Shown here: positions 38,640-51,600 of the stretch, one piece after another | Layout: every line of letters begins with the position of its first letter | How positions within the stretch are numbered: position 1 is the first letter of the stretch | From: the human T2T-CHM13v2.0 reference genome, Homo sapiens | Assembly: GCF_009914755.1 (NCBI RefSeq) | Contig: NC_060933.1 | Length of the DNA: 64,000 nt | Direction: 5' to 3' (one strand) | Made by a program: the position numbers and the translations under genes | Notes under the pieces: model-generated | Database searches by the model: none | Told to the model about the DNA's origin: nothing | What the model saw: the letters and a program-made list of their open reading frames with translations, nothing else

Positions 38640-41420
38640 ATTACATTCGGATTGATTCTATTCAATTCCTTTACAGTCCATTACATTCCATTCCATTTGG
38701 GTAGTTTCCATTCCATTCCATTCCATTCCTCTCCATTCCATTGCACTCGGGTTGATTCCATTCCATTGCATTCCATTCCATTCCATTCCATTCCATTACA
38801 TTCCATTCCATTCCGTTCCATTCCATTACATTCGGATTGATTCTATTCAACTCCCTTACTCTCCATTACATTCCATTCCATTCGGGTTGTTCCATTCCAT
38901 TCCATTCCATTCCACTCCATTCCATTGCGCTCGGGTTGATTCCATTCCATTCCATTCCATTCCATTCCATTCCATTCCATTCCATTCCGGATGATTCCAT
39001 TCCATTGCATTCCGTTCCATTACATTCCCCAGCACTCGGGTTGATTCCATTCCATTCCATTCCATTCCATTCGATTCCATTCCATTCCAATTCTTTCCAT
39101 TCCATTCTATTCCGTACCATTCCATTCCATTCCATACAATTCCATTCCATTCCATTCCACTCCGTTCCGTTCCGTTCCGTTCTGTTCCGTTCCATTCCAT
39201 TCCATTCCATTCTATTCCGTATAATTCCATTCCATTCCATTCCATTCCATTCCATTCCATTCTATTCCTTTCCATTGCAATCGAGTTGAATCCATTGCAT
39301 TCCATTCCATTCCATTCCATTCCATTCCATTCCATTCCGGAAGATTCCATTGCATTCCATTCCATTCCATTCCATTCCATTCCATTCCATTCCATTCCAT
39401 TCCATTCCATTCCATTCCATTGTACTCGGGTTGATTCCATTCCATTGCATTCCATTCCATTCCATTCCGTTCCATTCCATTCCATTACATTCGGATTGAT
39501 TCTATTCAACTCCCTTACTCTCCATTACATTCCATTCCATTCGATTTGTTCCATTCCATTCCATGCCATTCCACTCCATTCCATTGCACTCGGATTGATT
39601 CCATTCCATTCCATTCCATTCCATTCCATTCCATTCCATTCCGGAAGATTCCATTCCATTTCATTCCATTCCATTCCATTCCCCTGCACTCGCGTTGATT
39701 CCATTCCATTCCATTCTATTCCATTCCATTCCCTTCCTTTCCGTTCCATTCCATTCCATTCCATTCCGTTCCGTTCCATTCCATTCCATTCCATTCTATT
39801 CGGGTTAATTCCATTCCATTCCATTCGATTGCAATCGAGTTGATTCCATTCCATTCCATTCCATTCCATTCCATTCCATTTCATTCCATTCCTTTCCATT
39901 CCTTTCCATTCCATTAATGATGATTCCATTCCATTGCATTCCATTCCATTCCATTCCCCTATACTCGGGTTGATTCCATTCCATTCCATTCCAATCCATG
40001 CCATTCCACTCTTGTTGATTCCATTCTTTCCATTCCATTCAAGTTGAATCTATTCCATTGCATTCCATTCCATTCGATTCCATTCGATTGCACTCGGGTT
40101 GATTCCATTCCATTGCATTCCATTCCATTCCATTCCATTCCATTCCATTCCGTTCTATTCCATTTCATTACATTCAGATTGATTCTATTCAATTCCCTTA
40201 CACTCCATTATATTCCGATCCATTCAGGTTGTCTCCATTCCATTCCATTCCATTTCACTCCATTCCATTGCACTCGGGTTGATTCCATTCCATTCCATTC
40301 CATTGCATTCCATTCCATTCCATTCCGGATGATTCCATTCCATTGCATTCCATTCCATTCCATTCCCCTGCACTCGGGTTGATTCCATTCCATTCCATTC
40401 CATTACATTCCGTTCCATTCCATTCCATTCCATTCGGATTGATTCTATTCAATTCCCTTACAGTCCATTACATTCCATTCCATTCGGGTAGTTTCCACTC
40501 CATTCCATTCCATTCCTCTCCATTCCATTGCACTCGGGTTGATTCCATTCCATTCCATTCCATTCCATTCCATTCCATTACATTACATTCCATTTCATTC
40601 TGTTCTATTGTACTCGGGTTGATTCCATTCCATTGCATTCCATTCCATTACATTCCATTCCTTTCCATTCCATTCCATTCCGTTCCATTCCATTACATTC
40701 GGATTGATTCTATTCAACTCCCTTACTCTCCATTACATTCCATTCCATTCGGGTTGTTCCATTCCATTCCATTCCATTCCACTCCATTCCATTGCGCTCG
40801 GGTTGATTCCATTCCATTCCATTCCATTCCATTCCATTCCATTCCATTCCATTCCGGATGATTCCATTCCATTGCATTCCGTTCCATTCCATTCCCATGC
40901 ACTCGGGTTGATTCCATTCCATTCCATTCCATTCCATTCGATTCCATTCCATTCCAGTTCTTTCCATTCCATTCTATTCCGTACCATTCCATTCCATTCC
41001 ATACAATTCCATTCCATTCCATTCCACTCCGTTCCGTTCCGTTCCGTTCTGTTCCGTTCCATTCCATTCCATTCCATTCTATCCGGTTTAATTCCATTCC
41101 ATTCCATTCCATTCCATTCCATTCTATTCCATTCCATTGCAATCGAGTTGAATCCATTGCATTCCATTCCATTCCATTCCATTCCATTCAATTCCGGAAG
41201 ATTCCATTCCATTGCATTCCATTCCATTCCATTCCATTCCATTCCATTCCATTCCATTCCATTGTACTCGGGTTGATTCCATTCCATTGCATTCCATTCC
41301 ATTCCATTCCATTCCATTCCATTCCGTTCCATTCCATTCCATTACATTCGGATTGATTCTTTTCAACTCCCTTACTCTCCATTACATTCCATTCCATTCG
41401 GGTTGTTCCATTCCATTCCT
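38640..41420 (+). repeat. Duplicated segment, ~38640-39560 vs ~40430-41420 (offset ~1.8-1.87 kb)
   Basis: Private variants tacagtcc (38672/40459), ttgcgctcggg (~38925/~40792) and tctgttccg (39181/41048); ORF offset 1867. Confidence 0.8.
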
Positions 41421-43489
41421 TTCCATTCCACTCCATTCCATTGCACTCGGGTTGATTCCATTCAATTCCATTCCATTCCTTTCCGGATGATTCCATTCCA
41501 TTGCATTCCGTTCCATTACGTTCCCCTGCACTCGGGTTGATTCCATTCCATTCCTTTCCATTCCATTCGAATCCATTCCATTCCCCTGCACTCGCGTTGA
41601 TTCCATTCCATTCCATTCCATTCCTTTCCGTTCCATTCCATTCCACTCCATTCCATTCCGTTCCGTTCCATTCCATTCCATTCCATTCTATTCGGGTTAA
41701 TTCCATTCCATTCCATTCGATTGCAAACGACTTGATTCCATTCCATTCCATTCCATTCCATTCCATTCCATTCCTTTCCATTCCTTTCCATTCCATTACT
41801 GATGATTCCATTCCATTGCATTCCATTCCATTCCATTCCCCGGTACTCGGGTTGATTCCATTCCATTCCATTCCAATCCATGCCATTCCACTCGTGTTGA
41901 TTCCATTCTTTCCTTTCCATTCAAGTTGAATCCATTCCATTGTATTCCATTCCATTTGATTCCATTCGATTGCACTCGGGTTGATTCCATTCCATTGCAT
42001 TCCATTCCATTCCATTCCATTCCATTCCATTCCCTTCCATTCCACTCTGGTTGATTCCATTCCTTTCCATTCCACTCGAATACATTCCCTCCTATTCCAC
42101 TCGGAACGATTCCATTCCATTCCATTCCATTCCATTCCATTCCATTCCATTCCATTCCATTCCATTTCGTTCCATTCCATTCTATTCCGTATCATTCCAT
42201 TCCATTCCATTCCATTCCATTCCATTCCATTCCATTCCATTCCATTGTACTCGGGTTGATTCCATTATATTGCATTCCATTCCATTCCATTCCATTCCAT
42301 TCCACTCCGTTGCATTCCATTCCATTACATGCGGATTGATTCTATTCAACTCCCTTACTCTCCATTACATTCCATTCCTTTGGGGTTGTTCCATTCCATT
42401 CCATTCCATTCCACTCCATTCCATTGCACTCGGGTTGATTCCATTCCATTCCATTCCATTCCATTCCATTCCATTCCATTCCATTCCATTCCGGATGATT
42501 CCATTCCACTGCAATCTGTTCCATTAAATTCCCCTGCACTCGCGTTGATTCCATTCCATTCCATTCCATTCCATTCAATTCCATTCCATTACAATTCGTT
42601 CCATTCCATTCTATTCCGTACCATTCCATTCCATTCCATACCATTCCATTCCATTCCGTTCCATTCCATTCCGTTACATTCCGTTCCATTCCATTCCATT
42701 CCATTCTATTCGGATTAATTCCATTCCATTCCATTCCATTCCATTGCAATCGAGTTGAATCCATTGCATTTCATTCCATTCCATTCCATTCCATTCCATT
42801 CCATTCCATTCCATTCCGTTCCATTCCATTCCTTTACATTCGGATTGATTCTATTCAATTCCCTTACACTCCATTACATTCAATTCCATTCGGGTAGTTT
42901 CCATTCCATTCCATTCCATTCCATTCCTCTCCATTCCATTGCACTCGGGTTGATTCCATTCCATTGCATTCCATTCCATTCCATTCAATTCCATTCCGTT
43001 CCATTCCATTCCATTACATTCGGATTGATTCTATTCAACTCCCTTACTCTCCGTTACATTCCATTCCATTCGGGTTGTTCCATTCCATTCCATTCCATTC
43101 CACTCCATTCCATTGCACTCGGGTTGATTCCATTCCATTCCATTCCATTCCATTCCATTCCATTCCATTCCATTCCGGAAGATTCCATTCCAATGCATTC
43201 CATTCCATTCCATTCCCCTGCACTCGCGTTGATTCCATTCCATTCCATTACATTCCATTCCGTTCCGTTCCATTCCATTCTATTCCATTCCATTCCATTC
43301 CGTTCCGTTCCATTCCATTCCATTCCATTCTATTCGGGTTAATTCCATTCCATTCCATTCGATTGTCATCGAGTTGATTCCATTCCATTCCATTCCATTC
43401 CATTCCATTCCATTCCTTTCCATTCCATTACGGATGACTCCATTCCATTGCTTTCCATTCCATTCCATTCCCCTGTACTCGGGTTTATT

Positions 43490-46400
43490 CCATTCCATTC
43501 CATTCCACTCCATTCGGTTCCGTTGCATTCCATTCTATTGCATTCCATTCTATTCGGGTTAATTCCATTCCATTCTATTCCATTCCATTCCATTCCATTC
43601 CATTGCAATGGAGTTTATTCCATTCCATTCCATTCCATTCCGGATGATTCAATTACATTGCATTCCATTGCATTCCATTCCCCTGCACTCGTGTTGATTC
43701 CATTCCCTTCCATTCCATTCCATTCCGTTCCATTCCATTCCATTCCATTCTATTCCGGTTAATTCCATTCCATTCCATTCCATTCCATTCCATTCCATTC
43801 CATTGCAATCGAGTTGATTCCATTCCATTCCTTTCCATTCCATTCCATTGCCTTGCATTCCACTCGGGTTGATTCCATTCCCTTCTTTCCACTCCATTAC
43901 ATTCCCTTCCATTCCACTCGGAATGATTGATTCCATTCCATTCCATTCCATTTCATTCCATTGCAATCCATTCCAATCCATTCCATTCCATTCCATTCCA
44001 CTCGAGTTGACTTCATTCCATTCCTTTCCATTCCATTCCATTCCTTTCCACTCGAGTTGATTCCATTCCATTCCAATCCATTGCAATCCTTTCCATGCCA
44101 TTCCACTCGGGTTGATTCCATTCCTTTGCATTCCATTCCATTCCATTCCATTGCATTCCATTCCATTCCATTCCGTTGCATTCCATTCCATTACATTCGG
44201 ATTGATTCTATTCAACTCCCTTACTCTCCATTACATTCCATTCCATTCGGGTTGTTCCATTCCATTCCATTCCATTCGACTCCATTCCATTGCACTCGGG
44301 TTGATTCCATTCCATTCCATTCCATTCCATTCCATTCCGGATGATTCCAATCCATTGCATTCCGTTCCATTACATTCCCCTGCACTCGGGTTGATACCAT
44401 TCCATTCCATTCCATTCCATTCCATTCCATTCCATTCCATTCCATTCCATTCTATTCTGGTTAATTCCATTCCATTCCTTTCGATTCCATTCCATTCCAT
44501 TCCATTCCATTCCATTGCAATCGAGTTGATTCCATTCCATTCCATTCCATTCCGTTCCGGATGATTCCATTCCATTCCATTCCATTCCCCTGCAGTTGGG
44601 TTGATTCCATTCCATTCCATTCCATTCCATTCCATTCCATTCCATTCCATTCCATTCCATTCCGTTCCATTCCATTCCATTCCATTCTATTCGGGTTAAT
44701 TCCATTCCATTCCATTCCATTCCATTCCAATCGAGTTGATTCCATTCCATTCCATTCCATTCCATTCCACTCCATTCCAGTCCTTTCCATTCCATTACAC
44801 TCGGGTTGATTCCATTCTATTCCTTTCCATTCCATTCCATTCCATTGCAATCGAGTTGATTCCATTGCTTTGCATTCCATTCCATTCCATTCCATTCCGG
44901 ATGATTCCATTCCATTGCATTCCTTTCCATTCCATTCCCTTGCACTCGGGTTGATTCCATTCCATTCCACTCCATTCCGTTCCATTCCATTTCATTCCGT
45001 TCCATTGTATTCGGGTTAATTCCATTCCATTCCATTCCATTCCATTCCATTCCATTCCATTCCAATCGAGTTGATTCCATTCCATTCCATTCCATTCCAT
45101 TCCATTCCATTCCATTCCAGTCCTTTCCATTCCATTCCACTCGGGTTGATTCCATTCTATTCATTTCCATTCCATTCCATTCCATTGCAATCGACTTGAT
45201 TCCATTGTTTTGCATTCCATTCCTTTCCATTCCATTCCGGATGATTCCATTCCATTGCATTCCGTTAAATTACATTCCCCTGCACTCGGGTTGATACCAT
45301 TCCATTCCATTCCATTCCATTCCATTCCGGATGATTCCATTCCATTGCATTCCATTCCATTCCATTCCCCTGCACTCGGGTTGATTACATTCCATTTCCT
45401 TCCTTCCATTCCTTTCCATTCCATTCCATTCCATTCTATTCGGGTGAATTCCATTCCATTCCATTCCATTCCATTCCATTCCATTCCATTCCGTTCCGTT
45501 CCATTCCAGTCCATTCCATTCTATTAGGGTTAATTCCTTTCCATTCCATTCGATTGCAATCGTGTTGATTCCATTCCATTCCATTCCGTTCCATTCCATT
45601 CCATTCCATTCCTTTCCATTCCATTACGGATGATTCCATTCCATTGCATTCCATTCCATACCATTCCCCTGTACTCGGGTTGATTCCATTCCATTGCATT
45701 CCAATCCATGCCCTTGCACTCGTGTTGATTCCATTCTTTCCATTCCATTCAAGTTGAATCCATTCCATTGCATTCCATTCCATTCGATTCCATTCGATTG
45801 CACTCGGGTTGATTCCATTCCATTGCATTCCATTCCATTCCATTCCATTCCATTCCATTCCATTCCAATCCATTCCGTTCCATTCCATTCCATTACATTC
45901 GGATTGATTCTATTCAATTCCCTTACACTCCATTACATTCCATTCCATTCAGGTAGTTTCCATTCCATTCCATTCCATTCCTCTCCATTCCATTGCACTC
46001 GGGTTGATTCCATTCCATTGCATTCCATTCCATTCCATTCAATTCCATTCCGTTCCATTCCATTCCATTACATTCGGATTGATTCTATTCAACTCCCTTA
46101 CTCTCCATTACATTCCATTCCATTCGGGTTGTTCCATTCCATTCCATTCCATTCCACTCCATTCCATTGCACTCGGGTTGATTCCATTCCATTCCATTCC
46201 ATTCCATTCCATTCCATTCCATTCCGGAAAATTCCATTCCATTGCATTCCATTCCATTCCATTCCCCTGCACTCGCGTTGATTCCATTCCATTCCATTCC
46301 ATTCCATTCCATTCCATTCCTTTCCGTTCCATTCCATTCCATTCCATTCCATTCCACTCGTGTTTATTCCATTCCTTTCCATTCCATTCGGTTTGAAAGC

Positions 46401-48690
46401 ATTCCATTCCATTCCATTCCATTCCATTCCATTCCATTCCATTCCATTCCATTGTACTCGGGTTGATTCCATTCCATTGCATTCCATTCCATTCCATTCC
46501 ATTCCATTCCGTTGCATTCCATTCCATTACATTCGGAATGATTCTTTTCAACTCCCTTACTCTCCATTACATTCCATTCCATTCGGGTTGTTCCATTCCA
46601 TTCCATTCCATTCCACTCCATTCCATTGCACTAGGGTTGATTCCATTCCATTCCATTCCATTCCATTCCATTCCGGATGATTCCATTCCATTGCATTCCG
46701 TTCCATTACATTCCCCTGCACTCGCGTTGATTCCATTCCATTCCATTCAATTCCATTCCATTACAATTCGTTCCATTCCATTCTATTCCGTACCATTCCA
46801 TTCCATTCCATACCATTCCATTCCATTCCATTCCATTCCATTCCGTTCCATTCCGTTCCATTGCATTCCATTCCATTCTATTCGGGTTAATTCCATTCCA
46901 TTCCATTCCATTCCATTCTATTCCATTCCATTGCAATCGAGTTGAATCCATTGCATTTCATTCCATTCCATTCCATTCCATTCCATTCCACTCGAGTTGA
47001 TTTCATTCCATTCCTTTCCATTCCATTCCATTCCTTTCCACTCGAGTTGATTCCATTCCATTCCATTCCATTGCATTCCATTCCATGCCATTCCACTCGG
47101 GTTGATTCCATTCCATTCCATTCCATTCCATTCCATTCCATTCCATTCCATTGCATTCCATTCCATTCCTTTCCCCTACACTCGGGTTGATTCCATTCCA
47201 TTCCATTCCATTTAATTCCATTCCATTCCATTCCATTCCATTCCAATCCGTTCCATTCCATTCCATTCTATTCCATTGCAATCGACTTGATTCCATTCCA
47301 TTCCATTCCATTACATTCCATTCCATTACATTCCATTCCATTTTGTTCCAATCCATTCTATTCCGAACCATTCCTTTCCATTCAATTCCATTCCATTCCT
47401 TTCCATTCCATGCCATTCCACTCGGGTTGATTCCATTCCTTTCCTTTCCATTCGGGTTGAATCCAATCCACTCCATTCCATTCCATTCGAATCCATTCAA
47501 TTGCACTCGGGTTGATTCCATTCCATTCCATTCCATTCGATTCGATTCCATTCCATTCCATTCCGTTCAATTCCATTTCATTACATTCAGATTGATTCTA
47601 TTCAATTCCCTTACACTCCATTATATTCCAATCCATTCTGGTTGTTTCCATTCCATTCCATTCCATTTCACTCCATTCCATTGCACTCGGTTTGTTTCCA
47701 TTCCATTCCATTCCATTCCATTCCGGATGATTCCATTCCATTGCATTCCATTCCATTCCATTCCCCTGCAGTCAGGTTGATTCCATTGCATTCCATTCCA
47801 CTCCATTCGGTTCCGTTCCATTCCATTCTATTGCATTCCATTCTATTCGTGTTAATTCCATTCCATTCTATTCCATTCCATTCCATTCCATTCCATTGCA
47901 ATGGAGTTGATTCCATTCCATTCCATTCCATTCCGGATGATTCCATTCCATTGCATTCCATTCCATTCCATTCCCCTGCACTAGTGTTGATTCCATTACC
48001 TTCCATTCCATTCCATTCTGTTCCATTCCATTGCATTCCATTCTATTCCGGTTAATTCCATTCAATTCCATTCCATTCCATTCCATTCCATTGCAATCGA
48101 GTTGATTCAATTCCATTCCTTTCCATTCCATTCCATTGCCTTGCATTCCAATCGGGTTGATTCCATTCCCTTCTTTCCACTCCATTACATTCCCTTCCAT
48201 TCCACTCGGAATGATTGATTCCATTCCATTCCATTCCATTTCATTCCGTTGCAATCCATTCCAATCTATTCCATTCCATTCCATTTCACTCGAGTTGATT
48301 TCATTCCATTCCTTTCCATTCCATTCCATTCCTTTCCACTCGAGTTGATTCCATTCCATTCCATTCCATTGCATTCTATTCCATGCCATTCCACTCGGGT
48401 TGATTCCATTCCTTTGCATTCCATTCCATTCCATTCCATTCCATTCCATTCCATTCCATTCCGTTGCATTCCATTCCATTACATTCGGATTGATTCTATT
48501 CAACTCCCTTACTCTCCATTACATTCCATTCCATTCGGGTTGTTCCATTCCGTTCCATTCCATTCCACTCCATTCCATTGCACTCGGGTTGATTCCATTC
48601 CATTCCATTCCATTCCATTCCATTCCGGATGATTCCATTCCATTGCATTCCGTTCCATTACATTCCCCTGCACTCGTGTTGATTCCATTC
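43490..48690 (+). repeat. Duplicated segment, ~43490-44400 vs ~47790-48690 (offset ~4.29 kb)
   Basis: ORF offsets of 4288 (43848/48136, 43961/48249, 44112/48400); shared ctccattcggttccg, tgcaatggag, cccttctttccactcc and paired CTCGAG sites. Confidence 0.82.
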
Positions 48691-51600
48691 CATTCCATTC
48701 CATTCCATTCAATTCCATTCCATTACAATTCGTTCCATTCCATTCTATTCCGTACCATTCCATTCCATTCCATACCATTCCATTCCATTCCATTCCATTC
48801 CGTTCCATTCCGTTCCATTCCATTCCATTCCATTCTATTCTGGTTTATTCCATTCCATTCCATTCCATTCCATTCTATTCCATTCCATTGCAATCGAGTT
48901 GAATCCGTTGCATTTCATTCCATTCCATTCCATTCCATTCCATTCCGGAAGATTCCATTCCATTGCATTCCATTCCATTCCATTCCCCTGCACTCGCGTT
49001 GATTCCATTCCATTCCATTCCATTCCATTCCATTCCATTCCATTCCGTTCCATTCCGTTCCATTCCGTTCCATTCCATTCCATTCCATTCCATTCCGTTC
49101 CGTTCCGTTCCATTCCATTCCATTCCATTCTATTCGGGTTAATTCCATTCCATTCCATTCGATTGCAATCGTGTTGATTCCATTCCATTCCATTCCATTC
49201 CATTGCATTCCATTCCATTCCTTTCCATTCCATTACGGATGATTCCATTCCATTGCATTCCATTCCATTCCATTCCCCTGTACTCGGGTTGATTCCATTC
49301 CATTGCATTCCAATCCATGCCCTTCCACTCGTGTTGATTCCATTCTTTCCATTCCATTCAAGTTGAATCCATTCCATTGCATTCCATTCCATTCGATTCC
49401 ATTCGGTTGCACTCGGGTTGATTCCATTCCATTGCATTCCATTCCATTCCATTCCATTCCATTCCATTCCATTCCATTCCGTTCCTTTCCATTCCATTAC
49501 ATTCGGATTGATTCTATTCAATTCCCTTACACTCCATTACATTCCATTCCATTCGGGTAGTTTCCATTCCATTCCTCTCCATTCCATTGCACTCGGGTTG
49601 ATTCCATTCCATTGCATTCCATTCCATTCCATTCAATTGCATTCCGTTCCATTCCATTCCATTACATTCGGATTGATTCTATTCAACTCCCTTAGTCTCC
49701 ATTACATTCCATTCCATTCGGGTTGTTCCATTCCATTCCATTCCATTCCACTCCATTCCATTACACTCGGGTTTATTCCATTCCATTCCATTCAATTCCA
49801 TTCCATTCCGGAAGATTCCATTCCATAGCATTCCATTCCATTCCATTCCCCTGAACTCGCGTTGATTCCATTCCATTCCATTCCATTCCATTCCATTCCA
49901 TTCTATTCCTTTCCATTCCAGTCTTTTCCATTCCATTCCACTCGGGTTGATTCCATTCTATTAGTTTCCATTCCATTCCATTCCCTTCCATTCCACTCTG
50001 GTTGATTCCATTCCTTTCCATTCCACTCGAATACATTCCCTCCTATTCCACTCGGAACGATTCCATTCCATTCCATTCCATTCCATTCCATTCCATTCCA
50101 TTTCGTTCCATTCCATTCTATTCCGTATCGTTCCATTCCATTCCATTCCATTCCATTCCATTCCATTCCACTCGTGTTGATTCCATTCCTTTCCATTCCA
50201 TTCGGTTTGAAGGCATTCCATTCCATTCCATTCCATTCCATTCCATTGTACTCCGGTTGATTCCATTCCATTGCATTCCATTCCATTCCATTCCATTCCG
50301 TTGCATTCCATTCCATTACTTTCGGATTGATTCTATTAAACTCCCTTACTCTCCATTACATTCCATTCCATTTGGGTTGTTCCATTCCATTCCATTCCAT
50401 TCCACTCCATTCCATTGCACTCGGGTTGATTCCATTCCATTCCATTCCATTCCATTCCATTCCATTCCGGATGATTCCATTCCATTGCATTCCGTTCCAT
50501 TACATTCCCCTGCACTCGCGTTGATTCCATTCCATTCCATTCCATTCCATTCAATTCCATTCCATTACAATTCGTTCCATTCCATTCTATTCCGTACCAT
50601 TCCATTCCATTCCATACCATTCCATTCCATTCCATTCCATTCCATTCCGTTCCATTCCGTTCCATTCCATTCCATTCCATTCTATTCGGGTCCATTCCAT
50701 TCCATTCCATTCCATTCCATTCCATTCTATTCCATTCCATTGCAGTCGAGTTGAATCAATTGCATTTCATTCCATTCCATTCCATTCCATTCCATTCCAT
50801 TCCCGAAGATTCCATTCCATTGCATTCTTTTCCATTCCATTCCCCTGCACTCGCGTTGATTCCATTCCATTCCATTCCATTCCATTCCATTCCATTCCAT
50901 CCATTCCGTTCCGTTCCGTTCCATTCCATTCCATTCCATTCCATTCCATTCCATTCCATTCCGTTCCATTCCATTCCATTCCATTATATTCGGGTTAATT
51001 CCATTCCATTCCATTCGATTGCAATCGAGTTGATTCCATTCCATTCCATTCCATTCCATTCCATTCCATTCCATTCCATTCCATTCCTTTCCATTCCATT
51101 ACGGATGATTCCATTCCATTGCATTCCATTCCATTCCATTCCCCTGTACTCGGGTTGATCCATTCCATTCCATTCCAATCCATGCCATTCCACTCGTGTT
51201 GATTCCATTCTTTCCATTCCATTCAAGTTGAATCCATTCCATTGCATTCCATTCCATTCCATTCATCTGCAGTCGGGTTGATTCAATTCCATTCCATTCC
51301 ATTCCATTCCATTCCATTCCGTTCCGTTCCATTCCATTCCATTCCTCTCTATTCGGGTTAATGCCATTCCATTCCATTCGATTGCAATCGAGTTGATTCC
51401 TTTCCATTGCATTCCATTCCATTCCATTCCTTTCCATTCCATTACGGATGGTTCCTTTCCATTGCATTCCATTCCATTCCATTCCACTGTACTCGGCTTG
51501 ATTGCATTCCATTCTATTCCAATCTATGCCATTCCACTCGTGTTGATTCCATTCTTTGCATTCCATTGAAGTTGAATCCATTCCATTGCATTCCATTCCA

